Assembly (NCBI GenBank): GCA_040954595.2
Contig: CM082596.2
Coordinates: 5,220,791 to 5,284,790 of the forward strand
Direction: 5' to 3'
Origin: Balanoglossus misakiensis
Lineage: Eukaryota > Animalia > Hemichordata
Length of the DNA: 64,000 nucleotides
Shown here: positions 48,201-60,996 of the stretch, in pieces
Layout of the letters: each line of letters starts with the position of its first letter
Numbering within the stretch: the stretch's first letter is position 1
Program-made: the position numbers and the translations under genes
Notes under the pieces: model-generated
Told to the model about the DNA's origin: nothing
The model's database searches: none
What the model saw: only the letters and a program-made list of their open reading frames with translations

Positions 48201-50113
48201 ACAAAGTGAGTAAGTAAATGGATGGATGGATGGCTGTATAGGGAGTGTGAGTGAAGAAGTGAGTGAGTGAGTGAAAGGTGACATAAATGAAAGAAGACAG
48301 GAATGGATCCCTGAAAGCAAGTTTCTCAACTTGAAGCAGTATATAGAGAAAGAAATAGTAACAACTACGGCCGAGACACGTATGTAAGCACGTGATGAAT
48401 GTGTTTGTGGAAGCTGAAATTCAAGGGTGATTTACGATCTGATGCCGAGAGTTTAATGGTGCCTTTTCAGAATGATTCTACAATGGAAACCATACGGAGC
48501 TTGAAGTAAATGAGCGGCCTGGAGGCTCGAGGCAAGTCTAAACCCCCAAGTCAATCTGTGCCTCAGGAGCTTATGGCATCGACGTTTTCACATTTAGCCA
48601 CTAAAGAATAATCATCTATTCGGGGCGAAGGCGCCCCTTAAATTAGTTTTGACGAATGGATTTAAATAATTCACTCACAAATAAACATCAATAAGGGATT
48701 GCGAATGTATAACATGCTTCGGTTGGCAGTTTGAAAAGAAACTGTAGACATTGCGGCACCGTGCATACTTTGTCATCTGTTAATCGTCATGGTTTTATCG
48801 CGAAGGTCAATGTCGGAGCCGATAAATATGGAAAGTAATTTTTTAAATAAATTCACCTATTAATGACCAATTTCAAATTTCATATCAAATTTGTTGGCTA
48901 GTGATGTACATGATGTGGTATGTCAAGAAGGCCGGGGAGGCCAATGACATAGGTTTTTATCATTTAATCAAAACTTATTTGATTAAGCCGAACCTTTGAT
49001 CATGCCAGTATTAATTTCGTATTGCAACTTAAACCGGTTTTTGATACAAAATATAAAGCTGTGTGTATAGAACCACCAACAGAGTGGCATATGGCCGTAA
49101 CTAACAGATCAGTACGGTCTCAAATTTTCTGCGGCTTGTTTGATTTCTCATCAATCGCTAAACGCCTAGTCAGATGGAGAATTTCCAGAAGTCTGTTCAC
49201 ATATCATTGTACTGCTTCTAGATAATCCAGGGCCTTGTCACATTGAAACATGCAAACGCCTTTTGTGATGGGGGAGGGGGGGGGGGGGCTGTCCTGCCCT
49301 GGACTTTCAGCCTTGCAAAAAGCTTGGATTACGTTTGAGTAAGTTCTGGAAAGATATTCTTCCTCACTGATCAATATAGAAAGGTTAAAATGACTTGCCT
49401 GGCTTATAATAAAGGATACCCTAAACAGGGTCTTCAAAATGTTCTACAACAGGGCTATACCTCTTAAAGATACTGACATCTCTTCTGTTTCCAATCTGTA
49501 ATTTAGAGGCAAAAGCAGCATATAAACCACACAGAATCAGTAAAGGTGAGTGCAGAGTCATTTTCTTCGTGCAATTTTCAGAAACCTTTTATTGGCAACC
49601 AAGACAAAACATAACAATTCTTTTAACAATGAGTGTAATTCTCACTATAAATACTTAGTAATAAATACTTTGATATAACCACAGCCAGTTTCTATATATT
49701 CTAACTACATTTCCTGTAATACATCGTACAAACATATAAACTAGCTATTCACTTGTTGACATCATAAGGTTACATGTTAACATAGTTTAGCCACCATCAT
49801 GTAATCTGAATGCTATTACTGCAACCCAGGTGCACATCAATCTAATTCATCCCCAAATTACTCTACAAATTGTCTGTCTTCTTTGCTAACACCTTAAGCT
49901 TGTTAGATCTGAGTTCTAACTATCTGAGTATAACTGTCGAGGAAATTTTTGTAACACTGACATAAAACTTATAATTATCAAATATCAAAACACGTAATGA
50001 AATATATATGGTCATGAACACATTTCTTCAAAATATTTTTTTGCAACGATGTATTACTCTGTCAATTTTGCAAAGAGATATTACTCTGTCATATGTTCAA
50101 ACTCAGAAGAAAA

Positions 50114-53100
50114 TTATATCATCTCTCCATGTAGTGATCCTGACACTTTCTTGATTTCATTTTGTAAGCTGTAAAACAGAAGAAAAATCTAAGTGGGTAG
50201 AAATCTTGAATATTTATGTTGTCATTACGGCATAAAAAGGGGCAGAGAAAGCATTGTGTCATCGATAAAATTTTGTTACAACAAATTATAACATCTGGGT
50301 TATTATAAATGTCCTATTCTACTTATTTCTTGGACCTGTTAATTTTGTTCACATTTAATGATTATGGTTGTTTAGTGTGTTAATTTGTTTTGCTTTCATA
50401 TTAAACAGATTTGGCCACATCTACATTGAAAAATTACAGTAAAAAGGGGGACTGTGATCGTTATAATACCTGATTAATTTACACTGATTTAATTGGTTAC
50501 TCATCATGCATTATTTTTTCAAGTTTATTAGTCACTCAAGTTAGCAATTCAACTAAACAGAACATTCTCATCATTCCATTATTTCAGTTTCTCTGCTTGC
50601 ATAAAGTTAAGCATACCTGCGTATTTCTGCTTGATAATACTTTTCCTCTTCTAGTAAAATCATCTCACGGATTTCCTGATGAGTGTACTGTAAGACGAGA
50701 TGAGAGACAAGCTGATGAGAAAGTTGCTTAATAGACGATCCAGTTTCCACTTTTTAAAGGTATACAGTCACCTATGGAAATTTAGCAACATTTAGTGTTA
50801 CCATGGCAATATTGAGTAAAATTGACATTAACCTGAAAGTTTTCATTCCCATGGCGATAGTAGCATCTGGATGTGGGGTCCGGCGTTGTGTAGATGGTGC
50901 CGGACGTGGGGTTGATGTGGAGCTCTATCACAAAGACATCCTCCAGCTGTTGTCTCTTAGCACTGCTGTTTCACGATGTATAAGAAATGCAACATAAGAA
51001 TACTGAGATATTGGTGACAGAAATTATGATGCAAATACATTGTATGCAACACACACAACAGTGCATAGCCTAGCTTTGAATACCACTCTTGTTTTCATTC
51101 TGTCAAATCTGATGAGGGGGTCTGGGCAGGACTCCAGGCATAAATTCATACAGAATATCGAGTAGATTTGAACAGGTTGATTTGAAGAGGACATGATCTC
51201 TAGTATCTCTTGTGGTAACTATGGTATTGTGTAGTCACCATACAGTATACAAGGGGTCATATAGACAAATTTCCAGACAAATATTCTACTTGGAACATAT
51301 GCATAGTCTTTCTGTTATGTTAACACGTGCAAGGGCTTGCTGTCTCAAAGTACTGGTACCTAACTACTATTTGAAAATTGGTATTTTGAGGGGGGAAAAA
51401 CAACACAAATACTATGACATATTTACCTCTGGTGACCCTCCTCTTTCACTACAGGTGCAAAGACAACTGAGAACTTGTTGTGAGTGACTGCTGGAATCAT
51501 TTTCGTCATGATTCTGTCAACATTGAGACGAATGCGGTCACGCTGACAGACAGGGACAGAGAGAAATAGACAGAGAGAAAGAGAGAGAGAGACGTGTAAT
51601 TATTAGTTCTATGTAACAGTGCTTGAGCCGATATCCTGATAAAGGACAATGTCTCTTTGGGCAATTCTCATACTATATACAGTAATCATAAACCTGTGAC
51701 CTCAGACAGACATGTCACACTATTAAAGTGGCTTATTAAAACCATTTGACGTTGACATGCAGATGTATATTGGTTAATTCCCAGATCGGGTTTGTTACTT
51801 TGCTCCTAGATTAACCTTGTTAGTTGTAAACATTAACGAATTGGAGACATCTTACAGACAGCTGTTGATCTGTCTTACCTCATTCCTGGTCACCTTGACA
51901 CCATACACATGGCCTTCCTCTCCAACACCGAAATAAATAGTACCCCCGCGGCCACTGTTGAGGAACGCGCATATTGTCCGTGATGCTCTCAGAGATAAAA
52001 TCCTTGGAACTTCTGCAAAAGGACTGAATGGTTAAAAAAGAATTTATTAGGATTTCAAGTTTTATGAGTAAATCCAGAGCAACCAACTCAAGACACGTAA
52101 GAAGGCTCGATATTTTAAATAGTACATGTATTTAGTCTGTCTGTCTGTCTCTCACACGCAAACACACACACACACACAGACACATACATTTCATTCAAGA
52201 GAAATATATTATACTACTGCAGATTACCACAGTACCGTACTACACATGATCACAATTTTTGACCAGCTTCACAATTTGCCACAAAGAATAAATAAGACCT
52301 ACCTAATATCATGAGTGTCATCATTCTTAATCTTGGTTGATATTCCTTCAATGTAGAAAGGCAGGGTATCATCTTCAGGTATCTGAAAAAATATTTTATT
52401 TACAACCATATGTTGTTTGAGGAGTATATGTTTACAGCCAAACATACATGTACATTCAAAAATTAAAAATACATTAATTTCTATCGAATCTTAAAATGTG
52501 AATGATGGCAACTTTGGGTACTTACCATCTGTGCAGCATTGATCAGAACAGATTCCTTGCTAGCAAAGTCTTCTTCATTCCTCTCTAAATATCTGTTTTC
52601 TATAAGAAACAATAGATAAGGAGTGAATACACATCATCATGTGGGTACTATAACAGACGTCATTCTTGCTCTCAGATCTTCATGATTATTTCAATCTAGT
52701 TCTTTATTAGGGTTTCCAGACCAGAGGGGTCTCAAAACCCTCTTGAAATCGTGTTGTCTTTTATTATTATTATTATTATTATTCCCACTCCTAAAAACAG
52801 CTGCTATTCGAAGACCATTGCATTGGGGGGCATTGGAGGGGATTAGAGGGAATTGGAGGGGATTGGAGCGAACAACTAATGCAGTCCTACACCCTGCCTC
52901 ATTAAATATGCACATATCTATGTCAAGGCGAACCAATAGGGCTAGTAGTGTCTTGAAACCCGCTTATTGCTGTTCACAGCTATATTTCACTTTTAACTTT
53001 GTTTTTTTTTCCTGTACCAGTATATTGAAGGATGCATGATGAATGTTTACTTACCAAGAGCTGTGTTGTTTCTTGAACGCCCATCATCAGCAGAGAGGGG

Positions 53101-56100
53101 ACAGGTTGCATCTCTGGCACCAGGCACAGGGACATGTGACACGCCGTGATTCTCTGGACAAACACTGACCACGTTTTCCATAGCCGTGGGGTGTATGGCC
53201 TTGTGTACAGCACTTGATGAAGGGCTGTATACAGGTACAATGAACTGCCCACTGAAACTGAAAAAAATGGGACATCATATATGTCACACCCTTATACATG
53301 TACTCCAATTTCCCTGCAAGAGTCCAACCCACCACTGGAAACAATAGGGTTTGAATAACATATACATATAGTAGAGAAAGTGTGAAAGAAAACCAATATT
53401 GAATATAAATGGGAGAAGTGGAAAAAAGCAATGTTTTGTCTGACGAACTGAAATCTGTTAGTAAGTATACAATGTTGACTTGACACATAATTTACTGGTA
53501 TCAGGAAGATTTCATAGTTTGATGTGCCATATGTAATACTGCCAACTCAGCAATACATTATTACCTTTCAGTGGATTTCCTTATTTGGTTAGTTCTTGCC
53601 TTCACAGTATCCACATCATTTTCTTCAAGAGACGACAGTATCTGATCTCGCTGATCATTGTCACATTGTACATCACAGTCAACTTTGCCACTATCAGACA
53701 CCTACAATAACCAAAATCACGATTAAAATATTAACATCATATGAAAGTGAAGATAGAGATGCAGTTACCACTACACAATCATGAGCATTGAAAGATCAGC
53801 AAAAGGAACTGCTTTTAATATTCTGCTACTGAATTTCAATAAAAGTGATTTTTAAGAAATTTATCTCATATTACTAAGAATAAAATACTTATTGCATTCA
53901 TGTATTGTTCTTTGGACAAAACTTACCATGTCAAGTGGAGTATCATTTTGCAGTGATTTGGATAAATCAAATACATCTTCCAGTCTGGAGTTATCAAAAG
54001 AGACAATTAAATACAGGTCAGTACAGTGCTTTATAAACAGAAGCAATCCCACAGACGACCATCCCCCCCCCCCTTTAACCCTTTCACCCCATTTCCTTGT
54101 ATAGAAGCCCAACTGTGCCACAGAAAGCAGTGGATTTGGACCAAACTATGGTGGTGAAAGGGTCAAGCAAGGCAGTGAGAATTACGTGAAGCTGACAGAT
54201 GTCCATAGCAGAGCATCAGGGTCACACTACCAAATTCAATACTGGAGAAAACAAACTGCGAACACAGACCTGATGACACTGGCGCACAGGTTGTTGATGG
54301 CACATAACGCCTTCGTTCTGACGGCCTCACTTTGGTTTCCTTGCAAGATGTTCACCAGATCCTCCAAGCCATTGAGGTCTGCCATCTTCTGACAACTGAC
54401 CATGCATTCATACAGTTGATTCTGCAACGCCCCAATCGCTGCCAATAACACACCTTCATTGGTTGGGTAACTCTTGCATAAATCTGAAATGGTCAATTTT
54501 CACAGTGGGGTCAATAAGACTTATTTAGACTCATTTAGAATCAGTACCACTTTTTACATATATATATAGAGAGGGAAAATGAAAATTCCTAGGGGTAAAA
54601 AACCAGTGGTCGACATGTGGCCTAGCCAACCCTTCACATTATTACTAGCAGTATTATTGGCTTGTCAGATGACGATTTTCAACACAATGATTACCTAACA
54701 TTGCAGTAATTCCTCCTCTTCGTCCTATGAAGGATCTCAAGTTTGCATTCCTTGCACAGTTGAGAAGGACACCGGCAGCACTCTGACAAATACTGGCCAC
54801 AGGAGATTGACATAACTGCATAATAATTTTACAATAACAATATAGTTATCTGATGCACACTATGATGTCTTCAGAATGCTGTGTAAATTTTACAGTGGCC
54901 ATCAGGCAAGACATCAGGAAATTCTGGAATAATTTGAAATATATGTATGTCAGTTTCTGCTGCACATTTATGTATACAGATATATGAGAATCTAAACAAG
55001 CAAGTTACTCAATGAATGAATGAGTGAATGAATGAATGGTTTGATGGATGAATGAATGAATGGATGGATGAATGAATGGATGAATGAATGGATGGATGAA
55101 TGAATGGATGAATGAATGAATGAATGAATGAATGAATGAATGGAATGATGGATGGATGGATGGACGGATGGATGGATGAATGCATGAATGAATGAATGAA
55201 TGAATGAATGAATGAATGAACGAACAAATGAATGAATGAACGAAGGAAGGAAGGAAAGTATTGATTAAGCTTACCTTCATAATGACATCAAAGTTGGAGC
55301 TGTTTACAATAAATTGTCTGTTGGTAAGACTATGTTGACAAAGGTTCTGTAGTATCGCCAGTGAATTGTCAATGATGACTGTACTCAGTGGTGGTGGATG
55401 GACACCTCTCAGTGTGCAAAGCACTGCCTGTGTGTCAAAAAATCAACCAACAGTTGGCATAATCATTAAAAGATCCACTATCTGTAACTTTTGACATTTT
55501 TCCCATCTTGTTTGTTTGACATGGTAATGTACTTATATTATTACACATACCAGACAGTATATAATCATATAATATTCAGTCTCATAACATGCGCCATAAC
55601 CAATGGATGCTAGGTATTGCCCAGAGCTAGGGGATCAGGAAAAACATCAGCCACTTATGCTGCTATCAGTTTCAAAATTACGACCAACAATGTTAGCATC
55701 AATATGCTAGCATACATCAACCATGACATCGAACTGAAACTAGAAAATCTGGCATAGACTCTACCTGGGGCGGAATGCTTCTCAAGGATTCTGGAATCGC
55801 ATATTGCTGCTGCCATGGCAACCTTTCCATGTACCCATAATCCAACGCTTTGACCAGTATGGTTGAGGCAGTGCACCAGTCTTTCACCCTGGCCCTGTAG
55901 AGTCTGTGCTGACTGTGGATGATACTGTCAGCTATTATGATCTCCCCTATACCGGGCTTTGTTTGCAGTCTCTCAAGAGGGTCCTGTTGAATGAATGGAA
56001 ATTGGTTTTCAGAAATTTATCACTTATTTGTATCGGAGACAGATGCCAATATACCTGTTCTAATCATGGCAATTCAACAACTATGAGGCAGATCTTTCAT

Positions 56101-58064
56101 CGACAAACACACAGGCAAAATATTTGAGGAATATTACCTTGTACTTGAGAATGTCTTCAAGTCTGTGAATGGTGTCCACCGTGCCATCTTCAAGCAAATG
56201 TACTCCAAAACATTGCATGTCAGTGATTTCTGGGATGATCACGTCACTCCAAACGCCATCATCTTGACCCTCCTGACGAACCGATTAAAAACACTTATGA
56301 TGATTAACTGAGTTCATATTTCTGTTTCAGACAAAATCACAATATACACCAACAGAAATTTCTAGGAAAACACTGACCCAACACCATGGCAGAATTACAC
56401 TGTAAAATTCACAAAATTTGAGACATATATGCACCTACCATACATTCCTTCTGAGAGACTTGATCGAGAGATGGCCATGCCAATCCAGTCGATATCAACT
56501 CCTGGCTGATACAAACATCACTGTCTGTTGTAGTGTCAAACAGATCAATTTCATATACCTCTTCTGATTCTAATCCTTTGTACCCTACAAAAGAAATCAC
56601 AGCAATAGAAACACATACCTTATAGTTATACACTTCACTTAATCACAGATTCTGCCACAATATAATTACCGTAGGCTTTGCAGACACTACCTTATAACTT
56701 CTACAAGAAGAAACTTCAACAATTTTATCAGCTGTATGACACGTTGCCATGGCATCCATTCAACAAAATTATAAATTTATGCAATGTACTCTTTTCCACC
56801 TATATGAATATTAATTATTACCTGTTGATAATCTTGTCTGTAGATACATTAACTTTTTGTCTTCAAGCTGTCTCACTTTACCTATCATTACTTTGTTACT
56901 GGTAAGCTGCCTAAAAACTCTCAGTGTTTCATCTGGAAAACTGAAACCCAAAAAATCAAATTATAAAAGAGGTAATTGGACCTTAACCCTTAACCACCAA
57001 GAAGTATGTTGGCAAAGTTGGCACACGCATTATTAGGTAGAGAGGTTCTTCACCTACCTGCACTGCAGATTTGGTGCATGCTTAACTCCGTAAACATCAC
57101 ACAAATTGATGAGTAGTTCAACCAGTCCAAGTTTCTTCAGGGTGTTTTGATTTTCGTTGTGATCATAGGTCAAAGTCTGAATCAAACTTGTGGCCTGTTC
57201 GACCAGTAATACTTGGTCTTTCACTGTACAAACATAAAAATGTAATTATTATTATTATTAAATTTTATTTCAGGAAATGAAAAATTCCATATACTTGATT
57301 TTCTTTTTAGCCTATAAATACACTTGCATGAATGGAGACAGCTTTGGCAAGCAAAAGTTAAGTTTATAGTCATTTATGCATATCCAGGGGCATATGAAAC
57401 CAGCCGTTGAATTTCAAAGAAATCAGGCTCTGACTGTGAACAATCCATAAAGGTATACATTGTAGTATGAAAAAGTGCTAAACAGAGAGACAAAACTAAG
57501 CAAACAATCCATGATTGAAGCTTTGTAACTTACCAGATGAGAAACAGACAGACGTAATGTCATCGAGCATTTGTGTGAAGTTGGCAGGGTTACAGACTTG
57601 CTGCTTAACTTCACGGTTGCCTTGACTCAGTAATTTCAACACTGCACACACATGACCTCTGTTGAAAAGATGAAATAACACTATGAAAGAATTACAGGCA
57701 TCAAATGTAAAAGTTTCTTTTTAATTCGCAAACTCGGCCTAAGCTGGACAGAAGACAATTACTGTACCCTTCCCAGATGTAAAATTGACCATCACCACTC
57801 ACACACCCCAGGCTGAAGAAACTGACCAGTCCCTTTGCTAAAATTTCTGAGACTGTAATAAAACAAACAAGTTTAATACCTGAAATAGTGACTAAATCTT
57901 GTCGATCTGAGGTATCCTACACACGCTTCCACGATACCGTTTTCAATCAAGTCTGCTGGAGTCACATCCTTGTGTTTGATGCAACGGTGCAGTTTAATGA
58001 TAGCTTCACAAAGTTCTTCTTCGCTGCTCCCAATGTTGCAAACAATCCTCATCTCCTCTTCCAT
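50114..58064 (-). CDS. Uncharacterised ARM-repeat / extended-Tudor / Schlafen(AlbA_2)-domain protein, 20 coding exons, ~884 aa
   Basis: Hand-spliced GT-AG exons, all phases compatible, 2655 nt: 58064-57880, 57658-57534, 57223-57058, 56940-56822, 56584-56439, 56272-56138, 55983-55765, 55427-55275, 54815-54695, 54483-54270, 53984-53927, 53701-53565, 53257-53055, 52599-52526, 52382-52303, 52023-51879, 51542-51427, 50965-50833, 50687-50617, 50168-50114. ARM: GIVEACVGYL, GLVELLINL, GGITAML, AAIGALQN, ALCAINNL. Tudor: LYRARV...LDYGYME...PPQAVLCTLRGV. AlbA_2: ICAFLNSGRGGTIYFGVGEEGHVYGV. Confidence 0.85.
52704..52987. repeat. Probable interspersed repeat with (TTA)n core and short terminal hairpin
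   Basis: TTATTAGGGTTTC start, (TTA)6, CCCGCTTATTGCTGTTCACAGCTATATT end. Resembles Helentron-type non-autonomous elements, but only one copy is in the window. Confidence 0.35.
54075..54166. mobile_element. ~90-bp TIR mini-element, second full copy
   Basis: TTAACCCTTTCACC...GGTGAAAGGGTCAA. Confidence 0.7.
55010..55258. repeat. (GAAT/GGAT)n microsatellite in an intron
   Basis: Direct reading of the sequence. Confidence 0.97.
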
Positions 58065-60996
58065 GATTTTCTTAATTGTGAGAAGTTTTACAGTTCATCT
58101 GCTGCAGATCAAGTTTGTCATCTAAAAACAAATGAAGTAAAAAAGTTAAACTTTGGGGGCAGCATTCGAAATCGTAGTCGGAAACTTGAACATATTGAAG
58201 CAGTCTAATATACTAGTAGATATTTAATAAAAATGCATACAGAAGCAATGCAGTAATATACCTGCATTAATAAAACGGAAATGCGTGCAATTATTTCACA
58301 AATTCTAGCAACGCCGGCTGCGCGCGTGATCGCGTGCGCGGATACTGATCCGGAGGCCCCCCCCCCCCCCCCTCCACACACACGACACGAAATCATGGAC
58401 ACGTCTTGCGCAATTGTCACTGGCAAAGTTCACCCAGCGGACACAAACATCTACACACGTGCTTCCGTTTGTTTACACACCTGATCGACCGAAACGACAA
58501 CGAATGCCTGTGGGTGTCAACCTGAGGTGTCAATGAAGTGATGCAGAAACTGGGATGACATGACAACTGTTCTGATTGGTCAATGGAAACTTACTCCTTG
58601 GAGAAAAGCCATCACGAACAAATTAACTTTCCCCGCGACGACCTCAGCAGCTGTGAATACGTGAAATATATGCTGGAACTGATCAACACACTAATGCGTC
58701 ACTGTCTCAGTTATTTGAGGAAGTAGGCCAACCGGTGACAATCTTACTAGTATCTGCGGAACTGGCCACATTTTACAGACAGGAGTACAAGTAGCAAAGG
58801 ATCGTTGTTGACATCTTTCGCCTCGTAAGTACAGATCGCTAGATCACTTCAAGTTCAACTGTCCTAATTAACTGTGTACCGTAATATGCGCGGCCGTGCG
58901 AAATCCTATTCATGGTATTGTTTATGTTATTGGGACATTATCAGATGTTCGGTAACACCTCCCCAGCCTTTTGTTCTTTACTGAATACCAATTTGCAAAT
59001 CAATTTCCTGTCAGACAAATGCGTCGGACGTGTGTCAATGTCGCGATCGCGATCCCAGCTGGAAATGCACTCGAGTCAATTTCAAGTGTTTGTATCTTAT
59101 GCAGACGGTCAATGAAGTAGGTAGGGCCTCGTGCCGGGCCGTACATATGCTGTCCGTGGATAGGTCGAGGTTTTGCCCGGTGTTGGATGTTTATCTGGTT
59201 TTCGAGTCTGACCCAACACCGGGCAAAACGGCGATCTGCGGTTCTGCAGGCTGGATTGACCGGTACAGTCACAGTCCTCTGGGACGTGACTGTGGTGCAG
59301 TCAATCGTTTTTGAGGACTGGTAATCGATGACACTCATGGTCGCCTTTCCTGGTTCTAACGATACGACAGCAAGACCTCACCAAATAAAAATGACTAGGA
59401 GAAACAAATGCCACTTTTTTGTGTTGTTTATGATGTTTATTACAGCCACAGTGTTTTTCTATCTGTGTCAGTTGCCCACATTGTATATTGTGTGTGCGTC
59501 ATGGTCTGCTGCTTGTTACATGTCAACAAAAATATTGTGATTGTAGTACTGTACACTGCGCAGATAATGGTGGTTCCAGGTCACCTACTGTCAATCTCAT
59601 CTAAACCATTTTTGAAAACAAACAAAAAAACAGAAACATTTCATCTGTAATACTAATACTGTACATTTTTTGTATCACTATTTACTATCTTTTTTTGAAC
59701 TGTTTTGGGTTGTGAGGACCTCCCCAACCAACAGCAAATACCATAAGAGCACTGTTGTCATAATAATATAATATTTGTAGTCTTATGCTTCCTGGGTTTC
59801 AAGCATCACGATTTTTGTTTGTTTGGTTGTCAGCAGGTCATATGACATGTATGATATTGTTGTTCAGTATGGCATTTGCTGGCACATCATGGCCATTTAG
59901 CAGCATATGTGCCAAGCTAGTAAATATAGACACATTGATAATTATAGAAAAATATCATTTGCCGTTAGGGATGATAACCTTGTAACTTCAGATATTTGAT
60001 ATAATCAGTCTGGCATCAAGGATAAAACTCAAGGATATATATTTTGCTGTGTTTGAGCCCTTGTCTAATGAATATGTAGTTACAACAGAGTGGTTGGCAG
60101 CACTCCAACTGGGATATTTTCATGTACAAGCTATTAAAAAAAATATTTAGTTCCCCTTACATTTTCACGTCAGCAGCTACCAAATGTCTCAGTTTGTGAG
60201 ATTTACCAGAATTCTTCATCTGCTAAATTTTTAGCCGAGTCTCATTGCAGTAGTGTTAGTAAGTATATTCCCACACATTATGGTATTCACGTTTGATCCC
60301 GGGTTTCACTTCATTTTTAGGGTTTTCTGCAGATGAGATCTGAGAAAATGACAAAAAGATTACTCAAAAATGTTCCTCCTCAGGGAACATTGAACCGCGT
60401 GTATTAGCCTTTATGACAGGAGAAAGACATGAGAACAAACACAGAAGGTCAAGTGAATCACCTGTGCTCAGTACTGGCCTTGAGGGTAACAGTATATGTC
60501 TGTCACCCAAGGTCACCCCAAAATGGTTTGAAAGGCTGAGGCGAAAACAGACCATTACGGGGCGTCACTCAGAGGCCCGAGGGAAGGGAAGACGTCATCC
60601 TGTTACCCAAAAAGAGCCAGTCAGTGTGTGTTTGTTATGTAACACACCTCATTGAATTTATCGGAATTAATTGTCTGTGAATGGTTTGGCCGCAGTACGG
60701 ACAGACACTTTTTGTTTGGTATGTTTCTTGGGCAGATACTTTCAAGGCAACATTCGTCAGAAATGTTACCGGGTCAGGTAGCAGTTCAGAAAGTTTTAAA
60801 TGCCCATATATGTTGACGTCGACATTTCTATAGATATAAACAATGGATCTTTTGTCAGTAAACTAAAGTGTCTTTTGGAAAATAAAAGATTGCATGATAA
60901 ATGGTGAAAATTACTAACTTCTCTTTTTACCGTTTTTTTTTCTTATGCAGAAACTGAAAACCAAGCATACAAAAAAATTCAAGACACCAGGAAAAT

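Noticed and set aside
47496-48329. 277-aa (FIHS)n ORF and overlapping ORFs
   Set aside because: Stop-free reading of a tetranucleotide satellite; the same applies to 55005-55260.
46900-49200. CpG-richer intergenic blocks as a possible gene or conserved enhancer
   Set aside because: No coherent exon chain or RNA motif found; cannot be supported without alignments.
53087-53260. Cys-rich zinc-finger-like peptide in the ORF track
   Set aside because: Wrong frame; the phase-compatible frame encodes a low-complexity linker.
50767-56756. Several RFX X-box-like palindromes (GTTRCCATGGYAAY) within the Tudor-Schlafen gene
   Set aside because: Similar motifs occur throughout the window, including in repeats and an exon, so they are not specific evidence of regulation.
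50114-58064. Initial guess of TERB1 or an ARMC-type gene
   Set aside because: No Myb domain; Tudor and AlbA_2 motifs are present instead.
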